Origin: Minisyncoccota bacterium
Lineage (GTDB): Bacteria; Patescibacteriota; Minisyncoccia; UBA6257; 02-FULL-45-10c
Length of the DNA: 56,848 nucleotides
Direction: 5' to 3'
Assembly: GCA_028716745.1 (NCBI GenBank)
Contig: JAQUPE010000004.1
Span: 1 to 56,848, forward strand
Numbering within the stretch: position 1 is the stretch's first letter; every line of letters begins with the position of its first letter. Shown one piece after another: positions 42,410 through 51,630 of this stretch. The notes beneath the pieces are model-generated. The model worked only from the letters and a program-made list of their open reading frames with translations. It did no database searches and was not told the origin of the DNA. The position numbers and the translations under genes are program-made.

Positions 42410-43703
42410 TGTATAAAGCTAAAATTTCAGCGGCGGTGAGAGCGCGGCTATAAATTCTAAGATCGTCGATATACCCATACCAATATTCTCCTCCGGCGGC
42501 ATAAGCTCCAATGCCCAAAGTGTTTGAGCCGACTTCGCTTATAGCTCCGCTTTTACTAGCCGTAGATTGCAGAGCTCCATTTAAATAAGATTTTGAATTA
42601 TTTGAGCTGACATTATTATCATATGTATAAGCCACAAATTGCCAGATATCTTGAGTGAGAGAAACGCTGCTCATGGTTTGTTCAGTTGGAATTTTTAAAG
42701 TTAAATTTAAATTGCTGCTTCCATTTGCATGGCGCAAATACCAATTGTAAGGAGTATCTCCGGTTTTCATTAATATGTGCTGGTAGGCTCCTGTTTGACT
42801 AAAGTTTCCAGGATTAACCCACGCAATAATAGTTATTGCATTAACCAGCCTGAGGCTTTCTCCGGTCGCAACGCTTATCTTATCATTTGTTCCATTAAAT
42901 TGTCCGGAATAATTTCCAACTTTTGCTCCGGCATAATGAGTTCCGCTTCCGGCCCATGTTCCAGTATTATTATTTCCGCTTGCGTCGTAAGTAGTCGCAG
43001 AGCTTCCTCCTTCTTCAAAATTCCAATATCCGACAAGAGAAGATTCTCCATAATCTACCGGCAAAAGAGTCATGTCATTTCCTATTTCATAAAGTTCCGG
43101 GAAACTTCCTCCGTCATCAGATGTGGAATCGCTGGAACCGCCCATTTTATATTTTTCAGATTCAAGCGCTGTAGCAAGATGCCAAGAGCCGCCGGGTATA
43201 TATGAAAGGAAAAGATTGCCGGTTGTGGTATTTGATGGATCAATTGGCAGAGTTGCAAACATTGAGCCCACTAGGGATGCGAAAGAAGCGAAATCTAAAG
43301 GTAGCCAGCCTGTGCCGTCTATATCTCTATATGTTCCTTCCGGGGCGCAATGGTATGAATATCCTGCGGGAAGATCCGGGAGAGAAGAGTATTCGTCGCA
43401 GTCGGTATCTCCATCCGTTGCAGGCAGGGAAATATAAACAACATTGGCTGTGCCCATAGATGTCCCTCCGGCGGCTTGAAATAAGGATAATGCCGTATTT
43501 ATTGATTGGAGGTCGGATAATCTCTGGGAATCCCTGGCTTGTTTAAAGAGCTGATCGGGTCTTATAACAATTACTGTTACTGTCGCTAATATAGCCAGGA
43601 TGCCCAGGACGACCACAAGTTCAATGAGAGTAAAACTTGCCCGCCCGCTGGCGCGGGAAGCTAAAGATAAGTTTGAATTTGAGCGGGCTTTATAAGGTTT
43701 CAT
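42396..43703 (-). CDS. Type IV prepilin N-terminus fused to LamG domain (paralog 2)
   Basis: S/FTLIELVVVLGILAIL, RDSQRLSD, LPIDP; LamG GYWNFEE...GYIDDLRIYSRAL. Confidence 0.88.
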   Translation of the reverse strand: MKPYKARSNSNLSLASRASGRASFTLIELVVVLGILAILATVTVIVIRPDQLFKQARDSQRLSDLQSINTALSLFQAAGGTSMGTANVVYISLPATDGDTDCDEYSSLPDLPAGYSYHCAPEGTYRDIDGTGWLPLDFASFASLVGSMFATLPIDPSNTTTGNLFLSYIPGGSWHLATALESEKYKMGGSSDSTSDDGGSFPELYEIGNDMTLLPVDYGESSLVGYWNFEEGGSSATTYDASGNNNTGTWAGSGTHYAGAKVGNYSGQFNGTNDKISVATGESLRLVNAITIIAWVNPGNFSQTGAYQHILMKTGDTPYNWYLRHANGSSNLNLTLKIPTEQTMSSVSLTQDIWQFVAYTYDNNVSSNNSKSYLNGALQSTASKSGAISEVGSNTLGIGAYAAGGEYWYGYIDDLRIYSRALTAAEILALYNATK

Positions 43704-43724
43704 TTATATTCTAAAATTAGGTCT

Positions 43725-43794
43725 TATGCCGGGTAGTGAAAATTCGATTGCTGCACGGCAGGTATAATTAATCGAATTTCTACTACCCAGTATG
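43725..43794 (+). repeat. TATG-flanked inverted-repeat element, copy 3 (62-bp core 43729-43790)
   Basis: TATG-CCGGGTAGT GAAAATTCGATT gctgcacggcaggtataatt AATCGAATTTCT ACTACCCAG-TATG; the right-hand ATG is the TrmH-family start. Confidence 0.9.
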
Positions 43795-44286
43795 ATATTA
43801 ATTTTACACAATATTCGCAGTTTATATAATGTAGGCTCTATTTTTAGAACGGCCGATGCGGCAGGGGCGGAAAAGATATATTTATGCGGGATTACGCCTG
43901 AGCCGACGGATAGATTCGGAAAATATCGCCAGCAATTAACCAAGGTTTCCCTTGGGGCGGAAAAAACAGTAAAATGGGAGAAGGCAGTTTCGGCTGCGCG
44001 AATTATTGATAAATTAAAAAAGGAAGGCTTTGAAATTTTAGCGGTAGAGCAGGATAAAAAATCAATTCCATATTATCAGTGGAAACCTGCTGCTAAAGTT
44101 ACAGATAAAAATAAGTTCGCGCTTATTTTGGGAAATGAAGTTGAGGGGATTTCAAAATCAATTATTAAAAAAGCTGACAAAATTTTAGAAATTCCAATGC
44201 ACGGGAAGAAAGAATCCCTAAATGTTTCCGTTTCTGCAGGAATAATAATGTTCGCGCTGAAACAGCAATCAAAATGTCAAAAATAA
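43792..44286 (+). CDS. TrmH/SpoU family RNA methyltransferase
   Basis: HNIRSLYNVGSIFRTADAAG, ILGNEVEGIS, IPMHGKKESLNVSV. Confidence 0.93.
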   Translation: MILILHNIRSLYNVGSIFRTADAAGAEKIYLCGITPEPTDRFGKYRQQLTKVSLGAEKTVKWEKAVSAARIIDKLKKEGFEILAVEQDKKSIPYYQWKPAAKVTDKNKFALILGNEVEGISKSIIKKADKILEIPMHGKKESLNVSVSAGIIMFALKQQSKCQK

Positions 44287-44750
44287 AAAAAATGATAACA
44301 ATAGCAGCTTTATTTTTTATAGTGGCCGTTCTGGGGCTGGTATATTTTTCTTTTGTGCTTCAGCGAAACCATGAAGCTGTAAAAAAATCCGTTTCAATTA
44401 ATGGGCATATTATAGAAACGGAAATTTCTAAATCATTTGCGCAATTGTCCAAAGGGCTTTCAGGACGTACAAGCCTGGACGAAGGCAAAGGAATGCTTTT
44501 TATTTTTAATTTTCCGGCTAAGTATGGATTTTGGATGAAAGACATGAAATTTCCGCTGGACATGATTTGGATAAAAAACGGCAAAATTACGGGAATAGAA
44601 AAAAATGTTTTGCCGCCGCCGCAAACGGGCGGTTTGAAAATCTATTATCCGCCGGGAGCAATAGACAGGGTTTTGGAAGTGAATGCCGGAGAATCGGATA
44701 AGATAGGGATCAAAACCGGCGACCAGATAGAATATTTGAGTATTAATTAA
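44274..44750 (+). CDS. DUF192 family protein
   Basis: KGLSGR, GMLFIF, FWMKDMKFPLDMIW, VLEVNAG. Confidence 0.92.
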   Translation: MSKIKKMITIAALFFIVAVLGLVYFSFVLQRNHEAVKKSVSINGHIIETEISKSFAQLSKGLSGRTSLDEGKGMLFIFNFPAKYGFWMKDMKFPLDMIWIKNGKITGIEKNVLPPPQTGGLKIYYPPGAIDRVLEVNAGESDKIGIKTGDQIEYLSIN

Positions 44751-44792
44751 AAAGATTTATAATAAGTATTAAATAAAATAAAATATAAAAAT

Positions 44793-45833
44793 ATGAAAAC
44801 AACACGCATTGCAATTAACGGACTAGGACGCATCGGAAGATTATTTTTAAGGCAGATCATCGACGATTCCAGAGTGGAAATCGTCGTTATAAATGATTTG
44901 GGCGATTTGGAAAATTTGGCCTATTTGGTCAAATACGACTCTGTTTATAGGGGTTTTCCCGGAGAAGTTTCTTCCAAAAAAGAAGGCGATAAAAATTACT
45001 TGGTTATAAACGGAAAGAATATTTTGATGATTCAGGAAAAAGACCCGGCCAAGCTGCCGTGGGGAGCTTTAAATATTGATTTGGTTGTGGAATCAACAGG
45101 AGTTTATGAGTCTTTTGAAAAGGCTAATGCCCATATTTTGGCTGGAGCCAAAAGAGTTGTGATTTCCGCGCCGGCAAAAGACGCCGAAGGAACCGCCGGA
45201 GGAAAAAGCATTTTGATGGGAATTAATGATAAGGAATTGGCAGGAGTTGTTTTGTCTTCAAACGTTTCTTGCACTACTAACGCCACTTCGCCGTTGATTG
45301 CGATTATGAATGAGAGCATTGGAGTTGAAAAAGCCGTGCTGAATACAATTCATGCATATACGAATACTCAGACGATGGTGGATACGCCGGTAAAGGGAAG
45401 CGATTTTCGCCGCGGCAGAGCCGGAGCGCAAAATCTTATTCCATCAACGACCGGAGCCGCTACTGCCGTAACAAGAATTTTGAAAGACCTGACCGGAAAG
45501 TTTGACGGCATTGCCGTCCGCGTGCCGGTAGTTACGGGTTCCCTTATAGATTTAACTTTTATTTCCAAAAAGAATACTTCGGTTGAAGAAGTAGTGAGTA
45601 TTTTCAAAAAAGCCGCGGCCGATCCGCGCTGGCAGGGAATTCTGCAGGTAAGCGAAGAGCAGTTAGTTTCTTCCGATATTATCGGATCTTGTTGTGGAAC
45701 TGTTGTGGATTTGAAATTTACAAAAGTTATCGACGGAAATTTGGTGAAAATTTTATCTTGGTACGACAATGAGTGGGGATATGTAACGACTTTAATCAGC
45801 CATGTTTTGAAAGCGGCTGAAAACATAAAATAA
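44793..45833 (+). CDS. gap: Glyceraldehyde-3-phosphate dehydrogenase
   Basis: INGLGRIGR, VVESTG, SCTTN, NLIPSTTGAA, RVPV, WYDNEWGY. Confidence 0.97.
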   Translation: MKTTRIAINGLGRIGRLFLRQIIDDSRVEIVVINDLGDLENLAYLVKYDSVYRGFPGEVSSKKEGDKNYLVINGKNILMIQEKDPAKLPWGALNIDLVVESTGVYESFEKANAHILAGAKRVVISAPAKDAEGTAGGKSILMGINDKELAGVVLSSNVSCTTNATSPLIAIMNESIGVEKAVLNTIHAYTNTQTMVDTPVKGSDFRRGRAGAQNLIPSTTGAATAVTRILKDLTGKFDGIAVRVPVVTGSLIDLTFISKKNTSVEEVVSIFKKAAADPRWQGILQVSEEQLVSSDIIGSCCGTVVDLKFTKVIDGNLVKILSWYDNEWGYVTTLISHVLKAAENIK

Positions 45834-45835
45834 AA

Positions 45836-46300
45836 ATGTTATTTTATATTGCCGCGGATCATCGCGGATTCAAGTTAAAAGAATCTTTGAAAGAATACCT
45901 TAAAAAAGGGGGTTATCAAGTTTGGGATTATGGAAATGAAATATATGATGAAAATGATGATTTTCCGATTTTTGTGAAAAAAGTTGCCGAAAAAATAAGC
46001 ATGGATCCGCAGGGTTCTCGCGGAATTGTAATTTGCGGTTCGGGAGCCGGCGCCGATATAGTGGCAAATAAGTTTCCCAAAGTCCGATCAGTTGTGGCAA
46101 TTAATGCTGAACAAGTTGCTTCTACCAGGAGCGATGACGATACGAATGTTTTAACTTTTGCGTCTAATTATATTGAAGAAGAAGAGGCAAAAAGGATACT
46201 TGGAGTATGGATGGCGACACCTTTTTCGGAAGAAGGGAAGTATAAAAGGAGATTGGGAGAGATAGAAATCATAGAATGGGAAAAATTTAAGCAAGAATAA
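45836..46300 (+). CDS. rpiB: Ribose-5-phosphate isomerase B
   Basis: AADHRGFKLK, GIVICGSGAG, ANKFPKVR, DTNVL. Confidence 0.9.
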   Translation: MLFYIAADHRGFKLKESLKEYLKKGGYQVWDYGNEIYDENDDFPIFVKKVAEKISMDPQGSRGIVICGSGAGADIVANKFPKVRSVVAINAEQVASTRSDDDTNVLTFASNYIEEEEAKRILGVWMATPFSEEGKYKRRLGEIEIIEWEKFKQE

Positions 46301-46301
46301 C

Positions 46302-46326
46302 AAGGCCCCGAAAACGGGGCTTTTTT
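46302..46326 (+). terminator. Intrinsic terminator
   Basis: GCCCCG-aaaa-CGGGGC plus T6. Confidence 0.7.
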
Positions 46327-46345
46327 ATTCTGCTATAATTAATGA

Positions 46346-46984
46346 ATGGAAGTTATTCCCTCAATTAATGTCCCGGCGATTGATGAAGTAAAAAATAAAA
46401 TAGAGCAGGCGAAGAAATTCGGAGCCCAAAAGGTGCACATAGACGTTTCCGACGGCCTTTTTACGGACCATCATTTATCATGGAATAACCCCTTAGAATT
46501 GAAATTGTTCGGACTTAATAAGGAATTAGAAATCGGCATACATCTTATGGTCAATGAGCCGGAGGATGTTTTTGAAAATTGGCTGGAAGCGGGCATCAAA
46601 GAGCTTATTGTTCATGTAGAAAAAATAGGAAATATCGGAATGATTAAAAGGCAGTGTGAAAAAGCCGGAACCAAGTTGATTTTAGCGGCCAATCCCGAAA
46701 CTACGGCCGAAGGATTATTTGCTTACAGGGATTTAGTGGATAGTTTTTTGATTTTAACGGTTAAGCCTGGCTTATCAGGGCAGAATTTTGACGAAAGCCA
46801 GCTGGAGAAAATAAAAATTTTGCGGGCAAGTTTTCCGAGTGCTAAAATAGAAGTTGATGGCGGTATTTATCCGTCAATAGCCAAGAAAGTTAAAGAGGCA
46901 GGAGCCGACGCTATAATTTCCGGATCATATATTTGGAATAGTTCCGATCCGCAGACGGCTTACGAAGAATTAAAAAATATATAA
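46346..46984 (+). CDS. rpe: Ribulose-phosphate 3-epimerase
   Basis: HIDVSDG, IHLMV, VKPGLSGQ, EVDGGI, SGSYI. Confidence 0.93.
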   Translation: MEVIPSINVPAIDEVKNKIEQAKKFGAQKVHIDVSDGLFTDHHLSWNNPLELKLFGLNKELEIGIHLMVNEPEDVFENWLEAGIKELIVHVEKIGNIGMIKRQCEKAGTKLILAANPETTAEGLFAYRDLVDSFLILTVKPGLSGQNFDESQLEKIKILRASFPSAKIEVDGGIYPSIAKKVKEAGADAIISGSYIWNSSDPQTAYEELKNI

Positions 46985-47850
46985 TGGAAGCTCTACACGA
47001 TAAAAAATTGAAATTTTTGGAAGAGATGGCGAATAAAATCCGCCGGGAGATTATTGAGATGCTTGTTGAGGCCGGCTCCGGACACTCTGCCGGACCGCTC
47101 GGCATGGCTGATATTTTTTCAGCTATGTATTTTCACGTTTTAAAACACGACCCCCAAAAGCCTAATTGGAAGGATCGCGATAGATTGGTTTTATCAAACG
47201 GACATATTTGTCCTGTGTTGTATGCTTCGCTTGCTAATGCCGGATATTTTTCTGTGGAAAAGCTGGCGACTTTGAGAAAAATAAATTCTCGTTTGCAGGG
47301 GCATCCCCACCGCGGATCTTTGCCGGGAATTGAAACGACTTCCGGGCCGCTTGGAAGCGGATTGTCTCAGGCAATTGGTATGGCTTTGGCGGCGCGTTTG
47401 GATAATAAGAAATACAGAGTTTATTGTTTGGCGTCCGACGGAGAGCACCAGGAGGGAAATTTTTGGGAGGCGGTAATGTTTGCCGGGAAACAAGGATCAA
47501 ATTTAAATAATCTTACGGTTATTGTTGATAGAAATAATATTCAGATAGACGGATTTACGGAAAAAATCATGCCTCTTGAATCGCTAAAAGATAAATATGA
47601 GGCGTTTAAATGGCATGTATTGGATGTAAATGGCCATGACATAGAAGAGTTTGTTGCGGCCGTAAATGAAGCTCGTGCAATCTATGAAAGGCCGACAGTA
47701 ATAATAGCGCACACTATTCCTGGCAAAGGAGTGAGCTTTATGGAAAAAGATTTCAGGTGGCATGGCAAGCCGCCGACGCAGGAAGAAGGAGAAAGAGCAT
47801 TAAAGGAGCTGAGAACTTTAGGCGGAGAAATTAAAAGCGAACACGAATAA
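46984..47850 (+). CDS. Transketolase N-terminal (TPP-binding) subunit
   Basis: GSGH, RDRLVLSNGH, LQGHP, TSGPLGSG, SDGEHQEG..WEA, HTIPGKG. Confidence 0.94.
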   Translation: MEALHDKKLKFLEEMANKIRREIIEMLVEAGSGHSAGPLGMADIFSAMYFHVLKHDPQKPNWKDRDRLVLSNGHICPVLYASLANAGYFSVEKLATLRKINSRLQGHPHRGSLPGIETTSGPLGSGLSQAIGMALAARLDNKKYRVYCLASDGEHQEGNFWEAVMFAGKQGSNLNNLTVIVDRNNIQIDGFTEKIMPLESLKDKYEAFKWHVLDVNGHDIEEFVAAVNEARAIYERPTVIIAHTIPGKGVSFMEKDFRWHGKPPTQEEGERALKELRTLGGEIKSEHE

Positions 47851-47869
47851 TAATTAATAAATTAAAACT

Positions 47870-48409
47870 ATGAAAACAATAATAAATTTAATTTTAGGAT
47901 TAGGAACGGCAATTATACTAAGTTCGTTGATTGTTTTAGGAATTAAGGCGTTTCACGCCGAGCCGGTTTCTCCGGAATACGACAATTTTTCCGTTAAAGC
48001 CATGCCGTCTATGTATGTGGCTTGTGAAAAAACAGACGTTAAGTGTACGGCCGAGCAAGTTAAATATTATGAAGAACAAAGAATTTATCAGGAAAAATTT
48101 GATAAAGAAAATAAGATTTATCAGGACAAGATGAAAGTTTATAACCGCGATGTGTTTATAATTGCTAACATTGTTGGAATATTGGTTTTTGTTGCCGGAT
48201 TTTTGATTTTGTTCAATACGGCAATTGTCAGCCAGAGCGTGCCGGTAGGCATTATGATTTCCGGATTATACGGAATTATTTACGGATATGCACGGGGCTG
48301 GAACAGCACCAATGATCAATTAAAGTTTTTCATCGGTTTGGTTATAGCAGTTTTGGTTATTGGCGGAAGCATGTGGCTGATGCAGAGGTTCTATAAAAAA
48401 AATAATTAA
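47870..48409 (+). CDS. Hypothetical membrane protein
   Basis: N-terminal TM plus three C-terminal TMs; lies between the transketolase halves. Confidence 0.75.
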   Translation: MKTIINLILGLGTAIILSSLIVLGIKAFHAEPVSPEYDNFSVKAMPSMYVACEKTDVKCTAEQVKYYEEQRIYQEKFDKENKIYQDKMKVYNRDVFIIANIVGILVFVAGFLILFNTAIVSQSVPVGIMISGLYGIIYGYARGWNSTNDQLKFFIGLVIAVLVIGGSMWLMQRFYKKNN

Positions 48410-48411
48410 AA

Positions 48412-49401
48412 ATGATTAATCCGGACGTAAAACTGAATAAAAAACTTTTTGATAAGCGCGCAGACCAAAAGGCTACGCGCGATGGTTTTGGCGAGGGATT
48501 AGTTGAGGCCGGTAAAATTGATCCTGCGGTTGTTGCGTTATGTGCGGACGTCACGGAATCAACGCGAACGGAGGAGTTTTCCAAAAAATTTCCGGAAAGG
48601 TTTTTTGAAATGGGAGTTGCCGAGCAGAATATGGCGTCGGTTGCCGCGGGCCTGGGCGTGAGCGGAAAGATTCCATATATTTCTTCTTATGCGGTTTTTT
48701 CTCCCGGAAGAAATTATGAACAGATTAGAACTACTATTGCCTATAACGATTCAAATGTAAAAATTGCCGGACATCATGCCGGAATTTCTACTGGTCCGGA
48801 CGGTGCCACTCATCAGGCGACCGAAGACATTGCGATTATGAGGGCTATGCCCAATATGAAAGTTTTTGTTCCGTGCGATGCTATTGAGGCCAAAAAGGCG
48901 ACTATGGCTGCGGCGAAGATATGGGGACCGGTTTATCTGAGATTTCAAAGAGAAAAAACGCCGATATTTACCACGGAAGACACGCCTTTTAGTCCCGGCA
49001 ATGCGGAGATTTTTTGGCAGTCCAGAAGTCCGCAGGTTTTGATTATCGGATGCGGTCCGATTCTTTATGACGCAATTGTAGCGGCAAAAGAATTGGATGA
49101 AAACGGAATTGGTTCCATAGTTTTAAATTGCCACACCATTAAGCCTTTAGATGAAGATAAAATTGCCGAACTGGCGAAAAAATGCGGAGCCGTTGTTACA
49201 GTTGAAGAGCATCAGATAACGGGTGGTCTCGGCGGGGCGGTTGCCGAAGCGCTGGCAAAAAATTATCCGGCGCCGGTTGAATTTGTTGGCATGCAGGATG
49301 TTTTCGGAGAATCGGGAACGGCCAAAGAATTAATGGATAAATTTAATTTGGAAGCAAAAGATATTAAAACAGCGGTAAAAAAAGTTATAAAAAGAAAATA
49401 A
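48412..49401 (+). CDS. Transketolase C-terminal subunit
   Basis: EMGVAEQNM, HAGISTGPDGATHQ, GPVYLRF, VEEHQ..GGLG. Confidence 0.94.
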   Translation: MINPDVKLNKKLFDKRADQKATRDGFGEGLVEAGKIDPAVVALCADVTESTRTEEFSKKFPERFFEMGVAEQNMASVAAGLGVSGKIPYISSYAVFSPGRNYEQIRTTIAYNDSNVKIAGHHAGISTGPDGATHQATEDIAIMRAMPNMKVFVPCDAIEAKKATMAAAKIWGPVYLRFQREKTPIFTTEDTPFSPGNAEIFWQSRSPQVLIIGCGPILYDAIVAAKELDENGIGSIVLNCHTIKPLDEDKIAELAKKCGAVVTVEEHQITGGLGGAVAEALAKNYPAPVEFVGMQDVFGESGTAKELMDKFNLEAKDIKTAVKKVIKRK

Positions 49402-49403
49402 TT

Positions 49404-50384
49404 ATGTACGACATCATTACAATCGGTTCAATAACAAGAGATAATTTTTTGGAATCGGATTACAAAATAATTCCGTGGCCGAAAACGCCGGAAAAAAAGG
49501 CTATTGCTTTGCCTTTCGGAGAAAAATTGGAAGTTGAAAAATTGTACTCGACTATCGGGGGAAATTCGGCGAATGCCAGCGTAACTTTTGCGAGGCAGGG
49601 ATTTAAAACCGCTTGTTTCGGGAAAGTCGGAAATGATGTTGCCGGAAAAGAAATAGCCGAAAAATTAAAAAAAGAAGGGGTGGCTCCGCTTTTAGCGGTC
49701 TCTGAAAAAGAACCCAGCGCTTATTCGGTTTTATTATTAAAAAATGGAGAGCGAACAATTTTAGGTTATCATGGAGCATCTAATACTATTAAAAAGGCAG
49801 ATATTCAATGGGAAAATTTGAAAAGCAAATGGTGGTATTTATCTTTAGCCGGCGAATCAATACATTTATTTGGAGCGTTTTTGGATTTTGCAAAAAAGAA
49901 TGATATAAAAGTAGCTTTTAATCCGAGCGGATATCATTTAAAAAACGGAAAGAAAGAAATTTTAGCTAGATTGAATGATTTATCATTTTTGGTTTTGAAC
50001 GAAGGCGAGGCAGCCGAACTGACGGGGATTCCTTTTAGCAAAGAAAGGGAAGTATTTAAAAAATTGGACAGGCTTATGCCGGGAATAATAGCGGTAACCA
50101 ACGGCCCGAAAGGAGTTACGGTTTCTGATGGCAGGAGGATTTATAAGGCAGGAATTTTCAAGGAAAAAGAGCTAATTGATCGTACCGGAGCCGGAGATGC
50201 GTTCGGGTCTGGGTTTGTAGCTGGAATAATGAGAACAAACGATATTGAATATGCAATTCAATTAGCTACGGCCAATTCCACTTCGGTTGTGGAAAAAATA
50301 GGGGCAACGGAGGGAGTTTTAACAAAGAAAGAATCAGAATCTTCTCTGCGCTGGAAAAATTTGGCAATAAAAAGCTTAAATTAA
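49404..50384 (+). CDS. PfkB family carbohydrate kinase
   Basis: GGNSAN, VLNEGE, VTNGPKG, DRTGAGDAFGSG. Confidence 0.92.
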   Translation: MYDIITIGSITRDNFLESDYKIIPWPKTPEKKAIALPFGEKLEVEKLYSTIGGNSANASVTFARQGFKTACFGKVGNDVAGKEIAEKLKKEGVAPLLAVSEKEPSAYSVLLLKNGERTILGYHGASNTIKKADIQWENLKSKWWYLSLAGESIHLFGAFLDFAKKNDIKVAFNPSGYHLKNGKKEILARLNDLSFLVLNEGEAAELTGIPFSKEREVFKKLDRLMPGIIAVTNGPKGVTVSDGRRIYKAGIFKEKELIDRTGAGDAFGSGFVAGIMRTNDIEYAIQLATANSTSVVEKIGATEGVLTKKESESSLRWKNLAIKSLN

Positions 50385-51619
50385 TGGAAAATTATTCTAT
50401 TTTAGGAAAAATCTTGGGCGTTGGAGCGGAAGTTATTGAGAGATTGGACAGGATAATGTCCGCAAAAACCGGCAAAAAAGGCGTGATTGATAAAGTTGCG
50501 AAAGAAAACGAGAAAACAATAAATGTCGCTTTAAATCTTTTAAATTCCGCAAATCGTTCTACGGAACATGTTTATAGCATATTGAGACAAACGATTCTTA
50601 ATCACGAGAAGGAACTCATTGATTTTTTGAAGGTTGTAGAGGGAAAAGATGAATTTGAAAAAGCCGCCAAATTGGCGAAAGAAATGTCTTCGGTAAAAAA
50701 AGGATTTTTTTTGAAGAAAAAATTTGCCGAAGAAATTTTAAGAAAGAGGCCGTCGGGCAATTTGCTTAAATATTTAAAGCTTAAAAATATCGAAGAAGTT
50801 TTATCCAAATATGATATAAGCGAGGTTTTTTCGGTACTGCGTTTTATAGAAACAGACGAATGGATGCACAAAACTTTTGAAGTTGCCTACAGCGGTCTTA
50901 AAGCGGAAGATTTTGAGGAAAGAGAAGTTGAAATAAAAGTTTTAGGCCCGGAGTGGAAAAGCGTAGCCGAAAAATTTGTAGCCAAAAAACACCATAACGT
51001 CAGCCATTTAAAAGAATTCGGAGTAATATTTTTGAATCCTATAAAAGAAAATATTCCAGGAAAGTTTTTGAGGGACTTTGCGTTGATTTTCCATTATTTT
51101 CACGAAATCGAATTTTATTCAAAGCTTTTTAGAAAATATTCCACGGCGCCGGATTTTGCGGAGCACTTAAAGGCTTTTCTCAGAGGCGATGTTAAAGAGG
51201 TTTATGAGGCAAAAGATGGGGAATGGTTGATAGTCCAGAGATATTTAGCCAAAGAAAATCCAAACGACGCGAGATTGCTTTTGCCAAGAATCAACCCTGA
51301 GTCATTGCATTGGATGAGAGGCGAGAGGGATTTAACATTGTTTGTGTCTCAGGAAGCTAAAATGAATCTTCGCCTTTGGAATGATTTGGATTGGGTGGGA
51401 GGAATTTTTAAGGATGGAAAGGAAGACGTAGTGAGTTTTGATTTAGAAGATAACGCAATGTCTTTGGTTTCATTTATGGAGGGAAAGAAGGATGAATTTT
51501 TCAATTATCACCAGAGGGAAGCGATGTGGACGAAAATTTTCAGCGAATATGTCGGCGGAGAAGAAAAAATGGAAAAATTGCTGTTAGATAACTTTGATAA
51601 GGGCGTCATTAAGTTCTAG
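50384..51619 (+). CDS. Hypothetical soluble protein coupled to pfkB
   Basis: 411-aa ORF overlapping the pfkB stop; KHHNVSHLKEFG, HYFHE motifs; no family recognised. Confidence 0.75.
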   Translation: MENYSILGKILGVGAEVIERLDRIMSAKTGKKGVIDKVAKENEKTINVALNLLNSANRSTEHVYSILRQTILNHEKELIDFLKVVEGKDEFEKAAKLAKEMSSVKKGFFLKKKFAEEILRKRPSGNLLKYLKLKNIEEVLSKYDISEVFSVLRFIETDEWMHKTFEVAYSGLKAEDFEEREVEIKVLGPEWKSVAEKFVAKKHHNVSHLKEFGVIFLNPIKENIPGKFLRDFALIFHYFHEIEFYSKLFRKYSTAPDFAEHLKAFLRGDVKEVYEAKDGEWLIVQRYLAKENPNDARLLLPRINPESLHWMRGERDLTLFVSQEAKMNLRLWNDLDWVGGIFKDGKEDVVSFDLEDNAMSLVSFMEGKKDEFFNYHQREAMWTKIFSEYVGGEEKMEKLLLDNFDKGVIKF

Positions 51620-51630
51620 TATAAGAGTGT

